Of a stretch of 64,000 nucleotides of DNA, positions 13,285-26,624 are shown in pieces. Below the pieces are notes generated by a model that was not told the DNA's origin, did no database searches, and saw nothing but the letters and a program-made list of their open reading frames with translations. Numbering within the stretch: position 1 is the first letter of the stretch; each line of letters opens with the position of its first letter. The DNA lies in the NCBI GenBank assembly GCA_951406725.2, contig OX597830.1:5456001-5520000 (forward strand), read 5' to 3'. Made by a program: the position numbers and the translations under genes. This DNA comes from Octopus vulgaris (lineage: Eukaryota).

Positions 13285-13893
13285 TGTATACACAGACACA
13301 TATACAGACACAGATATATATGCGTTATGAGATTGTAAGAGGTATTTACGACTGCTTTCCAACTTCATAAAACGCAAAAACTGCTGAATGACAATTTAAA
13401 ACTTTTGCGTATAACCAATGTAATATTGATGAAAGGAGACGAATATATGAGTGCACACACACTCACACAAGATGTGAAATTAATTATTTAAATGAGATTA
13501 TGGGGGTGGGGAGGGAAAAGAGGATTGAGATGGAAAAGAAAAAATTTAAAAACACCAAATGTAGTGCTGTTACTAACTTATTTCTACTCAAACATTCCGA
13601 CATATAAAAGCCAATACGGAAAATAAAGCTAGACTGGCGTAGAAAAGCACAAAAATTACAAACACACACACACATTCAGATCAGTATCACCCTCCATCTT
13701 TCACAGATATACACATATACACATGTACACACGCATCAATTTAAATAAATTCATTTATACCAAACATAAACTACCATATATAAACACATAAATGTATGTA
13801 TACATGGACACATACAGGTCCTTATACACATGTATGTGTACGCATACAAGCAGGATCTATGTGCGTGTATATATATATATATACATATATATA

Positions 13894-13927
<34 letters not shown>

Positions 13928-14219
13928 GATAGATAAAAAAGTTGGTTTGTGAAAGCACGTGGTTGAATATAAAGAAAATAGTAAAAAGTGAAAAAACTAC
14001 AGAAGGTTTAAAGGTTAAAAAATATATATATATTTGCATCAATATGTCTGAAGAATATTAAAAAATTTTTTTCCTTACAATGACATAGTTTAGAAGAAAG
14101 ACCGGTTTCGCGTTTAGCTTTTCAAATTTCTTACGACGTTGCATACGTCATATACAAATATATACATATAAATACACACACACACACACATATATATACA
14201 TATATAACATATATATATA

Positions 14220-14256
<37 letters not shown>

Positions 14257-14284
14257 GTCATGCTGAACCGCAGAAATCTACCAG

Positions 14285-14450
14285 TTCGTTTCATTCACTC
14301 TCTGTTTATTTTTTCTTATTCCTTTCTGCTGAAGAGCGTAGGCTCGAAACGTAAAAGACCTTTTCATTTTTCCCGAGCGACAAACTAATACACTTGCTTG
14401 TTGTTCCTACACCTGTCTTCCTCTTGTTTTTCTATAAATCTAAACTATAT
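14285..14450 (+). mobile_element. Penelope-like terminal fragment with a variant hammerhead; second copy at ~24490-24665 (-)
   Basis: GAAGAGCGTAGGCTCGAAACGT...ACTAATACA...TTGTT...CACCTGTCTT matches the reverse complement of 24490-24620. Confidence 0.6.
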
Positions 14451-14454
14451 ACAT

Positions 14455-14680
14455 ATATATATATATAACTGAGAATGTGTGTCTGTCTCTCTGTCTGCGT
14501 GTTTCCCTAAAACTCGAGAACTACACAACCAATTTCATTCAAATTTTACACATGCCTTACTTAGGGCCCATGTAGTGTCATGGGCAAAAATGTTTAACTT
14601 CTTGCCTAGGGCAAGCCCACAGCAATATCATATTTTCTCCGCTATTACAGTACTACGTGTTAAAAGTGAAACAAAAACAT
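14455..14680 (+). mobile_element. 5' fragment of a non-autonomous Helitron/HINE-like element
   Basis: TATATATATAAC...GTCTGTC...AAAACTCGAGAACTACACAACCAATTTCATTCAAATTTTACACA; layout typical of small Helitron derivatives; no 3' hairpin/CTAG seen. Confidence 0.5.
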
Positions 14681-14739
14681 ATCTCTATTGTATGTATATG
14701 GATGTGTGTATATATATATATATATACATGTATATATAT

Positions 14740-14798
<59 letters not shown>

Positions 14799-14908
14799 AT
14801 AATAAATAAAACATATGCATATATACACACATATATGTACGTACCTGCATCTATGTGTATATATATACATGCATACATATATACACCCATAAACACACAC
14901 ACATACAT

Positions 14909-15220
14909 AGGTGCAGGTGCGGCTGTGTGGTAACAACCTTGGTTCCAAAACACATGGTTCTCAGTTCAGTTCCACTGTGTAGTAACTTGGCATGTGTCTT
15001 CTGCTATAGCCCGAGACCAATCAAAGCCTTCTCAGTAGGTGTTGTAGAGAGAAACTGAAAGAAATCAATTGTATGTATATGTATGTATATATGTAAGTCT
15101 ATGTGTGTGTCTTTGTGTTTCTCCCTCATCACTGCTTCACAACTGGTGTTCGTTTATTTACATCCCCACAACTTACTGGTTTCACAAGACGAAACTGTTA
15201 GAATAAGTACCAGGCTTATC
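14909..15220 (+). mobile_element. SINE family A, diverged copy
   Basis: GGTGCGGCTGTGTGGTAAC...CAGTTCCACTGTGT...TTGGCATGTGTCTTCTGCTATAGCC...GAATAAGTACCAGGCTT. Confidence 0.85.
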
Positions 15221-15442
15221 AAAATATAAAAAAGGCACTACGCAGTATCTCATATTCTTGTTTGCCCACAATCTATCAATTTATCTTTGTGTGTGTGTGT
15301 ATATACATACATACATACATACATACATACATACATACATACATACATACACACATATATATATATGGATTTCGTAGACAGGAACTGAAACAAATCAATC
15401 GTATATATATATGTATGTATGTATATATGTAAGTGTATGTGT

Positions 15443-17800
15443 TTTGGTATTGGCTACATGAAAGACAATGGTCAGAGACTACTTGAATTTTGCACATACC
15501 ATAACCTGTGCATCACTAACACATTCTTCGCCAACGAAACATCCCACAAGGCATCTTGGGGACATCCAAGATCTCACCACTGGCATCAGCTGGATTTCAT
15601 CATTACACGAAGATCCTTTCTGAAATCTGTTCAACTGACCCGTAGTTACCACAGCGCGGATTGTGACACACATCATTCGCTAATAAGAAGCAGGGTGAGG
15701 ATTCTGCCTAAAAATGTCCATCACTCCAAGAAAAGGGGCCGACCACGCATTAACACTGCCAGAAACTCGGACCCTACACTGCGACAATGTTTTGCTGTTG
15801 CTATCAAAGTTGCCCTCAGTAGCTGCCCAACCTCCTTTGCTGAAAGTAAATGGAATTATATCAGGGAAGCTTTGTACACCACATCAATAGAATAGACACT
15901 TTCGGTATGAGAGAAAGGCAAAACCCAGATTGGTTCAGTGCTGGGCTCTCAGAGTTGGAAACAATTATGGAAGCAAAGCGTGCAGCTCTGATGCAATACA
16001 AGAGGGATTTTTCTACGAAGTCACTCGAAGAACTCAGAAAGGCAAGAAATAAAACCCAACTGACTGCCAGACGCTGTGCAAATAGGTATTGGCAGGAAAT
16101 CTGTCAGAGTATTCAGTCAGCTGCTAACAGTCGCGACACCCGTGGGATGTATGCTGGTTTGAAGAAGGCCCTTGGTCCATCTGCAACTAAGTCAGCCCCT
16201 CTGAAATCAACTACTAGAGATCTCATGAAGGACAAAAATAAGCAAATGGATAGATGGGTGGAGTACTACCAGGATCTCTACTCACGGGAGACCACGGTAG
16301 CTGAGTCTGCAATCGAGGGTGTCAAGATCTTGCCAGTCATGAGCGAACTTGACAGTCTGCCATCTATCGCAGAGCTCACCAAGGCTATTGACTCCCTAGC
16401 AAGTAACAAGGCTCCAGGAAAAGACGGCATCCCCTTAGATATCATCAAAATCGGTAAAAACACCATCCTGCATCGGTACCTTCATGAGCTTCTGTGTTAG
16501 TGCTGGGAAGAGGGTACAGTCCCTCAGAATATGCGGGATGCTAACATCATTGGGCTTTACAAAAAACAAAGGTAACCGTGGTGATTGTAACAATTACCGT
16601 GAAATATCTCTTCTAAGCACCGTTGGAAAGGCCTTTGATCGCATTATCCTGTCCAGGCTATAACTGCTTGCTTCTCGAATTTATCCAGAATCGCAGTGTG
16701 GCTTTAGAAGAAACAGATCAACTATTGACATGATATTCTCCATACGCCAACTTCAGGAGAAGTTCAGAGAGCAGAAAATGCCATTATATATGGCCTTCAT
16801 TGATCTGACAAAGGCCTTTGACTTGGTAAGTAGAAAAGGCCTTTTCATCCTGCTCAAAAAAATCGGATGTCCACCAAGGCTGCTGAGGATCATCAAATCT
16901 TTCCATGATGATATGCAAGGCACCATGCAGCACAATGCTTCAACATCAGCCGCCTTCCAAATAAAAAACGGGGTAAAGCAAGGTTGTGTCCTTGCTCCTA
17001 CATTATTTGGCATCTTCTTCTCGCTGCTGCTGTCACATGCCTTTGAGACATCAGATGATGAAGAGTTTCTGCACCGTGGAAGTAATGGGAAACTGTTCAA
17101 TCTCTCGCGTCGGCGTGCCAAGACCAAAATCAGAGGCGTCCTGATCAAGGAGATGCTATTTGCTGATGATACCGCTCTGGTATCACATACAGAAGAAGCC
17201 CTACAAAGGCTCATAAACTGTTTTGAGCAGGCATGTATCAACTTTGGCTTAGTTATCAGCCTCAAGAAGACCAACATCATGGGTCAGGCTACATCGGACA
17301 TCCCAACATACATATTGGAGACCACAGACTACAGGAGGTGGAGAAGTTTACCTATCTTGGCTCTACCGTCACCTACAACCTATCCCTTGATGCTGAGCTC
17401 AATATACGCATTAGCAAGGCAGCTGCTGTGATGGCCCAACTCTCCAAACGGGCATGGGACAACAATAAGCTGACCAAGACCACAAAAATTAAGATTTACC
17501 AGGCATGTGTACTTAGCACTCTACTGTATGGAAGTGAGACTTGGACGCCATACACACGCCAAGAGTGTCGCCTAAATATCATTCACCTGCGCTGCCTTCG
17601 GAAAATCCTTCGCATCAAATGGCAGAATCATGTCCCCAACAAAGATGTCCTCAAGCAAGCAGGAATACCAAGCATGTTTGCACTCCTCACACAAAGACAT
17701 ATGAGATGGCTTGGACGTGAAATATAAAAGCCTGACTAGATTATTTTATTTTATGCGCAACTCCATTGTCTCCCGAGACAAACAGGATGCCAACAACAAT
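15443..17800 (+). mobile_element. 5'-truncated, inactivated RTE-clade LINE (APE endonuclease C-terminus plus reverse transcriptase) with frameshifts, stops and an internal deletion near the 3' end
   Basis: APE motifs NGQRLLEFC, LCITNTFF, WHQLDFIIT, ADCDTHHSL; RT motifs KAPGKDGIP, FIDLTKAFDLV, GVKQGCVLAPTLF, MLFADD, FTYLGS, LLYGSETW, split over ORFs 15419-15895, 15850-16500, 16730-17431 and 17233-17727. 3' end GTCTCCCGAGACAAACAGGATGCCAACAACAA. Confidence 0.95.
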
Positions 17801-18039
17801 ATATATGGATTTCGTAGACAGGAACTGAAACAAATCAATCATATATATATGTATGTATATATGTTAGTCTATGTGTGTGTATCAATAGCTATCTTAAGGC
17901 GGTCGCCTCATGGAACTGACCAGCGGCAGCGATTATTCTTATATCTATAAGAATGCCATATTAATATGGCGATAACAATTAATTTCCAGTAAACGCTGCC
18001 GTAATCTCTTTTATAGAGACTTAGTAATTTTAATATTTC

Positions 18040-18070
<31 letters not shown>

Positions 18071-19271
18071 ACACCCTAATGGGAGCCTTAACTCCCAAAT
18101 TTTAGTCATTTCTGTTATGATCCAAAACTAGGTCAAAAGTACTGAATGGATCTTTATGAAATTTGGAAATTATATTCTATGCATAAGGGCAATATCCCAC
18201 ATGACAATTCATATATTTTTGCTGTTGATGAAATTTTGACCATAGACTTAAATGAAGTAATATTTATGAAATTTCATCTTCTTACAAGTTAGAAAAACTC
18301 CTTCATGAGGACTTAACACCCACAATTCTGTCATTTTATCTAAGCAAAAACGAATACAGTTGTGCTCTTGGAAGCAGTAGGGTTACACGAGCATAAAAGT
18401 TGGGCATTATTTCTAATTCAATGGGACAACAGTGTAACAGTTTTCTTCGACATACACTTACATTGTGATTTCTGCAATATGGTGCATAAATTGTCAAGTA
18501 AATGAGAGGCATCTTTGCCTCCACTGATTCAGTTGCAAAGTGTTGAGTAAAGTTATTTGATTGCAGACCTTTCAGTCTTTTTATTATCACTGGGTCACAT
18601 ATAATCCCCAGATGGTAACATTGATTTCAAGGCCTTCCCAGATGAGTGACTGGTTATTCAGAGATATTTATAGATTATATATTTATTCTGTCCAGTTACG
18701 TAACAGTATAGTGGTCATTTTCAAACTCCAGAGATCACACTTTAATTTCTCCTTAGCCCTCTCGTCACACAGTTGTTAATGTTGATTTCAGTTGGGTCAC
18801 ACCCTTCCAATTGCTATAGATTCGTAATGCATCTTACGGCTGTGCCTGTCACCTGGATGGTGAGGAATACTAGATTGGGAGTGGTACCGACTAGGGTAGG
18901 GTAACTGACTGCTTATTGTGATCATTCGTCTTTTGGTTTCCTGTAGCTTTGCTGTCTTTTACAAACCCAGTGAACATATATTTCCTATTTCAAAGAAATT
19001 CAAACAATAGATATAAGACCCAAGTTAAAATGATTCCCAACAATTCAACTTCTCTGGTTGACATTAAGATGCCCATCCCCAACAGGGGCCTTAACTCTCA
19101 CATTTTAGAGCTCCATGACCTTCATTTTTCAGGAGCAATATCTTTTTAACAGGTTAAATAAGACTGGAATTTTGGAATATGTGTATAAAAATCAGTAGAA
19201 TGGGATACATATGGCCCGATTACAATTTTTTTAGGGTGTGTAAAGAGAGAAATAAACCTCATCTGCAATTT

Positions 19272-19320
<49 letters not shown>

Positions 19321-19324
<4 letters not shown>

Positions 19325-19689
19325 GTAATATAACAATAATCCTTTGATGGATTTTATAAACATTTTAATGCATTGTTACGAAGCACATTTTCGCAGTCAA
19401 TATTCCCGAGATGATTGCAGTGTAGTCCGTAATATCCATAGGCATCGGGTTGATCATCTTCATAGATTCATTTCTTCAGACGATGTAATATTACTGATGT
19501 AACATCCCTCTGGTAAACATTGTTATATCGCTTGAAGAAAAGAATCCATGAAGATGATCAGCCCGATGTGCACGGATGCTATGGACAGCCCTGGAATTAT
19601 CCTAGGAATACGGACTGTGATTTAGGGAATGTAGCGACGCACTAAATTTTGATAAATTCCATTCAAGTATTATTGTTATTATTACTATA
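19321..19689. mobile_element. Foldback/MITE-like element with ~170-bp imperfect inverted arms
   Basis: Left CATCGGGTTGATCATCTTCATAGATTCATTTCTTCAGACGATGTAATA pairs with the reverse complement of right TGTTATATCGCTTGAAGAAAAGAATCCATGAAGATGATCAGCCCGATG; termini ATAGTAATATAACAATAAT / ATTATTGTTATTATTACTAT; adjacent to a (TA)n tract. Confidence 0.8.
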
Positions 19690-20041
19690 TTTATCTTACA
19701 TTACATCGGTACAACTGAATGCAACCCCCAAAAACTGGTTCCCCATTCAGCATCATTAGACAATGGGCAGCATAATGGAACAGGGATTGTGAATTATGAG
19801 CTAAAAATTGATTTGATATTCACCAAAAAGAAAAAAATACACTCTACGCGTTGAAAATAATTAAGTAGTGTAAAAGTAGAAGAACATAAGGATAACCAAA
19901 CAGAGGGAATTGAAAGCGTGGAGTAAAAAATAAAATAAGGAAATAAGTATAAAAAATAGGGATAAAACATAACTTACCGACAAAAACATCAAAAGAACGC
20001 ACCTATGATTATGTATACACCCCACCCCCCACATATATATA

Positions 20042-20431
20042 CTAGCAGTATCGCCCGGCGCTGCTCGGGTTTGTGTCGACCCTTTAGAATTGGAATTTTT
20101 GAAAAGTAAATATTTTGCATTATGTAGCTTGTTATTCACTTTAAGTGATCAGCTTTTCTGGTTAAAATACACCGAAAATGGAGACACAGCAGTCAAAAAA
20201 TCGTAAAAAATAGGAATTCTCATAGAAAAAAAGCACCTTTTTGATGTAAATAATTTTTGGTGTTAACATGGTCCGATTTGAATTTTTCCTTCTACAGAAG
20301 AAAGAGCAAGCCTTTTTCTATCATACTTTCAATTTTGGTCAACTTGCGCCGCAGGGTCTCGGAGGAGATAGTGTTAGTTGAAGGCTACCAAACCTGCCAT
20401 ACAAAGACAACTTCAGCTTTATATATATAGA
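20042..20431 (-). mobile_element. Complete non-autonomous Helitron (~390 bp)
   Basis: Minus strand starts TCTATATATATAAAGCTG and ends with GC hairpin CCCGAGCAGCGCCGGG, then CGATACTG-CTAG followed by T; no TSD. Confidence 0.82.
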
Positions 20432-20706
20432 AATATATACATGTGTGTGTATGTGTGTGTGTGAATGCTCATACATATATATGAAAATAAAGAAACAAAT
20501 GAGCCCGACGTACGTCTCGTGAATATTTACGTAAAATCCTTAAGTCACAAAGCATGCGTTCGGTGCACCTTTTGAAACACGTGTAGAGCATTACTGCCAA
20601 ACACACTAACGGTCATCCACACACATAAATCAATGAGTCTGTTTGTGCGCGCGTGTGCGTGTGTGTGTGCGTGTGTGCGTGTGTGTGTTAATGCGGATGG
20701 GCTATT

Positions 20707-20813
20707 TATATTTCTTCACTGCATCTCTCTATAGATTCCTGACTCTATATTCATTTCCATCGGAACGCTACGAGTAAGAAGCAATAGAGAAAGATATATG
20801 AAAAGTAAGGTTT
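20707..20813. repeat. 107-bp unique segment duplicated identically at 22772-22878
   Basis: TATATTTCTTCACTGCATC...GAAAAGTAAGGTTT is identical at both sites by eye. Confidence 0.93.
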
Positions 20814-21075
20814 TTGCAAAGATCGAAGAATAAGGCAATCTTTAATGGTGCGGTATTAATTTCTCACGAGATATATATTTTTAAATAGGTTAAGTGGATT
20901 GGAAACATCGCAGTTTCAATTGGGAATAGAGAGCTAAATAAATTTATAGAAGTTGGTTTAATGAAACACATACAGAAATACACACGGAAATATACAGGCA
21001 CACCCCGTATACACAGCATACACACACATACATACATACATACATACATATCTGTATATATGTATATAAGTCTAC

Positions 21076-21111
<36 letters not shown>

Positions 21112-21190
21112 GTACATGCATACATATATACATTTAATATTTATATATGTATATATATATACATACATAGATATTAAATGTGCATGTATA

Positions 21191-21227
<37 letters not shown>

Positions 21228-21388
21228 ATACACATTTAATATGTATGTATGTACGTATATGTATATATGTGTGTGATTGCGCGTGTTTACTTACGTAAAC
21301 GCAGACTTGCATATATATACGCATAAATACACGAATATCAATATATTTTATATGCCTGTCTTTCTATCTGTGCTTCTGTCTATTTTCC

Positions 21389-21459
<71 letters not shown>

Positions 21460-21700
21460 ATAAATATATTCATACATGCAGATATCTATACGCGCATTAA
21501 TACGCATACGTATGTGTGCTTATGTAAATCTATACATCTATAGATATATGAATATATATATATCTATCGAAATGCATCCTCAGATGCACCCATATATTTA
21601 CTTACATGTGCATAATTGCATACATATATACGTACTTGCATACATACATCGTACATAAATGCATATATCAATAATGTACTATGTGTTTTAATCTTCTCTT

Positions 21701-21731
<31 letters not shown>

Positions 21732-22625
21732 ATTTCTATCTTCTACTTTCCCTCTGTGTGTATGTATGTACTTCTATGTGTGTTTGTGTGTGCATAATGC
21801 GAAAACCCCAATACAAATATGCAAGACCTCTCTAAAGTTCAAATTGTAATACTGTGTTTGTTATCTACATTCCAGCGTTGGTGCTTTGTATCGTTTGTTT
21901 CAAACAAGCTCCTCGCTTACAGGAAGATTTCAGATAATTAAAACTAGGAAGAGAACTTGTACAGAATGCCATTGAAAGGATAAAAAACTACTGGCCATCT
22001 GCACGGCAAAATCTCATGTAAAAACTGCACACGACCTGTCTGAATCTATTCCTCTAAGATCACTGTGAAAATAACATTATCCTCTCAGCTAAACAAACAA
22101 TTTGAAAGAAGGCTAATTGAGGATTTGTTGAATAACTCTTGATCTAGAGAAGGAGAAGAAGAACATTTCTGGACAGTTACTTCGAAACAATATCTTCTTT
22201 TGTCTGATTAAAAATTCACATTCGTATCAGTGACCATTGGTGGAGATGGTTATGTTAGTAGACCAATAAGTGACCATTTGGAACAACTGGAATTTGCGAA
22301 CAGAAAAAAAACACTAACACAAACATTAAAAATACAATCTCTAAATGGAACAGTAAAAAGAATTTCCTACAGTTCAATATCTCACCATTAACGTTGTTGT
22401 AATGCAACACTTGTTAATGATGTTCTTTTTTCTTCTTTTCTTTTTGTTAGAAGCCATTTCCAACCATCTGGGACGAGTAGGAAGAAATGAAAAGAAATAG
22501 TGACTGCCTATAAACATACAGTTTGGTTTCGTCCAAATTCTAATGGAAGAGTCTTGATTCTAGGCTAGGAACAAACCTTTCGGCCAGTGTGATGAGCTCA
22601 AAAATGAAAACCACGAAAGAACACG

Positions 22626-22667
<42 letters not shown>

Positions 22668-23001
22668 ACATGTAATCAGGCACACACGTACACACGCCCC
22701 AAAAGCTCACACACAGACGTATGTATGCGTGTACGTGTGCTTATATTATATATGTATATTTATACTATATATATATTTCTTCACTGCATCTCTCTATAGA
22801 TTCCTGACTCTATATTCATTTCCATCGGAACGCTACGAGTAAGAAGCAATAGAGAAAGATATATGAAAAGTAAGGTTTATATATATTTATTTATTTATGC
22901 GGGTATATGCGCATTAATTGCTGTAACAGCACATCCGTACAGACATATACGTGTACATACATATACATACATGCTTATATATATATATATATATATATAT
23001 G

Positions 23002-23039
<38 letters not shown>

Positions 23040-23068
23040 CATATATGCACATATATATACATATATAC

Positions 23069-23128
<60 letters not shown>

Positions 23129-23873
23129 ATGTACATATCTTCTAACCCCTGAACAAAGACCAGTCTCGATGAGACATAAAATAATCTACACCTACTACAG
23201 CACTCACTAACGACGAGGAGCATTGTTGAAGTAGTTTCGTGTGTCTATCATTGTGGCTCACGTGAAGAATTTTTACGGGAACAGACATCGTTTTCCGTTA
23301 TGCAGATTTGAGGCCTAAAATTTTCGGGAGCTGCAATATACAGACTTTGTACTCCAATGTTCGGAAATACACCATATTTAGAAATTGTATACTTAACAAT
23401 AAACTTTGTCTCCCACTCCCTTCTCTGTATATATATATATATATATATACACAAAAATAAACAACAAGAATATCTTCGATAATTTGGTACGATCGTTTCA
23501 CGCTACATCATTTTATTAAATATTGTAAGTATTACAACAGTTTTAAAATGTTGAACAATCATCAGTCATTAATAGAGGTTTTCCATTAATACATAATTTT
23601 CATATCAATTGATAACATTATAGAGAAGATAGGTATATAGACAAAGATGTCGATTTAAATTTTAAGAACATTCAGGTAGCAGAGTTTATCAAATGACTGA
23701 AGAATATTCAGAATGTTCAGTTATTTTGAACAGCTAGAAGGTTGGGATGAGTGATCAGTTGAAAAAAGACAAAAAAGATTTTCTATTTATAGGAATAGGG
23801 GTGAAATAGATGTCAGAAGTTCTTTGTAAAGAAATTAAAGTACAGAGGGGGTTGTAATTCTATAGAGGCTGTT

Positions 23874-23874
<1 letters not shown>

Positions 23875-23906
<32 letters not shown>

Positions 23907-23916
23907 AACTACTACA

Positions 23917-23977
<61 letters not shown>

Positions 23978-23980
23978 TAT
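23875..23980. repeat. (CTA)n microsatellite
   Basis: Direct reading. Confidence 0.95.
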
Positions 23981-23984
23981 CTAC

Positions 23985-24019
<35 letters not shown>

Positions 24020-24443
24020 TTTATAATTAAGGGCTAAAGAAGGTTATTCTATAGCCAATACACTGATTTATCCACTTATAATCCACTTGTTACAGGGAAA
24101 ATTGAACTGAAAGCGGGCAACTAACCTTTAGAAAATTTAAATTTCGTTATCTCTATATTGAATCAATTTCGGAATTAATCCCTATAAAGGATATATTCTT
24201 CTTCAGTAGAGCTTACGAGGGAACATAAATAAAATGCTCACATGTGATCATGGAAAAAGCAGAAGCTAAAAACACAACTACATTTAAGTACATCATTTAT
24301 ATCTAAAAATAAAAATTCCTTGGTCAGTCTCAGAACAACGGGTTGACCTTTCGCCGCTACATATTGTAATGGTTACCGGTCCCCTTGTAACAAGCAGTGA
24401 GTTTACTACTAACAATATAGGATGAAGAGACTGCTTCTGCGGG

Positions 24444-24487
<44 letters not shown>

Positions 24488-24619
24488 GGAAAGTTTACGA
24501 AATTAAACAAAATACAAAGGCAGTTGGAGTACAAACAAACAAATGTATTAGTATAGCGCTCAGGAATAGAAATAGAAAAAGTATTTTAACGTTTCGAGCC
24601 TACGCTCTTCGATAGAAAG

Positions 24620-24736
24620 ATACACAGAAGAAAACAAGGAGAGAAACAAGGAGAGAAAAAAATGCGTAATATATATATATATATATATTACGCATTTTTT
24701 TTCTCCTTGTTTCTCTCCTTGTTTTCTTCTGTGTAT
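24620..24736. repeat. Near-perfect ~117-bp palindrome centred on (TA)n
   Basis: ATACACAGAAGAAAACAAGGAGAGAAACAAGGAGAGAAAAAAATGCGTAA-(TA)n-TTACGCATTTTTTTTCTCCTTGTTTCTCTCCTTGTTTTCTTCTGTGTAT. Confidence 0.93.
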
Positions 24737-24748
24737 ATATATATATAT

Positions 24749-24790
<42 letters not shown>

Positions 24791-24929
24791 ATCTGTGTGT
24801 GTGTGTTTGTGTATACACTAGAATCAAAGTTCGATTACCATATATATATCATAATTATGGGGAAAGTCTCTCCTATTCTGACTCAAATACAAACAATTTA
24901 TATACGTGTTTGTATCTCTCTCTCCATGT

Positions 24930-25201
<272 letters not shown>

Positions 25202-25430
25202 GCCTGCCCGTCTATCTATGCATACACTTATACTTGAACATAATCGTACATTGCATATATCCGTATACACGCTCACATATGTATTTTCCTAGATATATTA
25301 CATATATACACATATACATACAGATACATACATTTATACATACATGCATACATATATATATATATGTGTGTGTGTATACGTATATATATATTTATATATA
25401 TGTGTATATATATATGTACATATATATATA

Positions 25431-25463
<33 letters not shown>

Positions 25464-25507
25464 TGGATGTCTGTATGAGTGTATACTATAATCAAAGTTC
25501 GCTTACC

Positions 25508-25541
<34 letters not shown>

Positions 25542-25823
25542 ATGTATGTATATACATATATATCGTGATTATGTGGCCCTGGAGTGGAAGCAACAAGCGA
25601 ACTATACGGACTTACACATGCACAGCTCTGAGTTAAAAGAGTGTAGCAAAGTGAGAGCGTTACCACCCAAAGAGTTCTCTTCAGGTCTTTTCTTCAACTC
25701 ACTGCACTCAAGTTAGAAAGCAGCAGTTCTGTTAAAGTAATCAAATCGCTGAAACGTCTCAACGGGCTGCGGTTTGTAATCTGCTTTTAATCCGAAAGAG
25801 ATGATTCCTATCCTACCTTCAAA

Positions 25824-25871
<48 letters not shown>

Positions 25872-25909
25872 TCTACCGATTTTTCTCTTTCTCCTTCTTT
25901 TTTCCCTCT

Positions 25910-25945
<36 letters not shown>

Positions 25946-26094
25946 GTCTCCATTTCTCTTTCTCTCCTTTTTCGACTCATGTTCTCACTGTATCCTCTCA
26001 CAACATACCCAGAGCTTGTTTTCTTTTCCTTCAGAAATAACTGAAAAAAATAAAGTCAAAATATAACTACAAACAACAATAATAGCGATGATGT

Positions 26095-26125
<31 letters not shown>

Positions 26126-26498
26126 AACAATGAAATCAAAGAAATCGACATGAAATGAGAAAAAAGTAAAAAAGAAAGTAGACAACAGCGCAAAACAAAT
26201 ATTAATTCAGTGAATCATTTTAATAGAAAATGTCAGGATGGAAGCATGATGTATATATATCTGGTAGGGAAAGATGAACACATGTATGCATACACACATG
26301 CATACATACACACATACATACATACATACATACATACATACATACATACATACATACATACATACATACATACATACATACATAGTACATACATACATAC
26401 ATATATATATAGATATATATATAAAGGTGTGGTATATATGCTCACACACCCATATGATATGCATGTATGTGTGTATATATAAATATATATGTATATAT

Positions 26499-26597
<99 letters not shown>

Positions 26598-26624
26598 ATT
26601 CATATATATACAAATAGCTATATA

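Noticed and set aside
18070-19242. Possible TIR element (ACACCCTAA...TTAGGGTGT)
   Set aside because: Only a 9-bp inverted match, with no coding remnant or convincing TSD.
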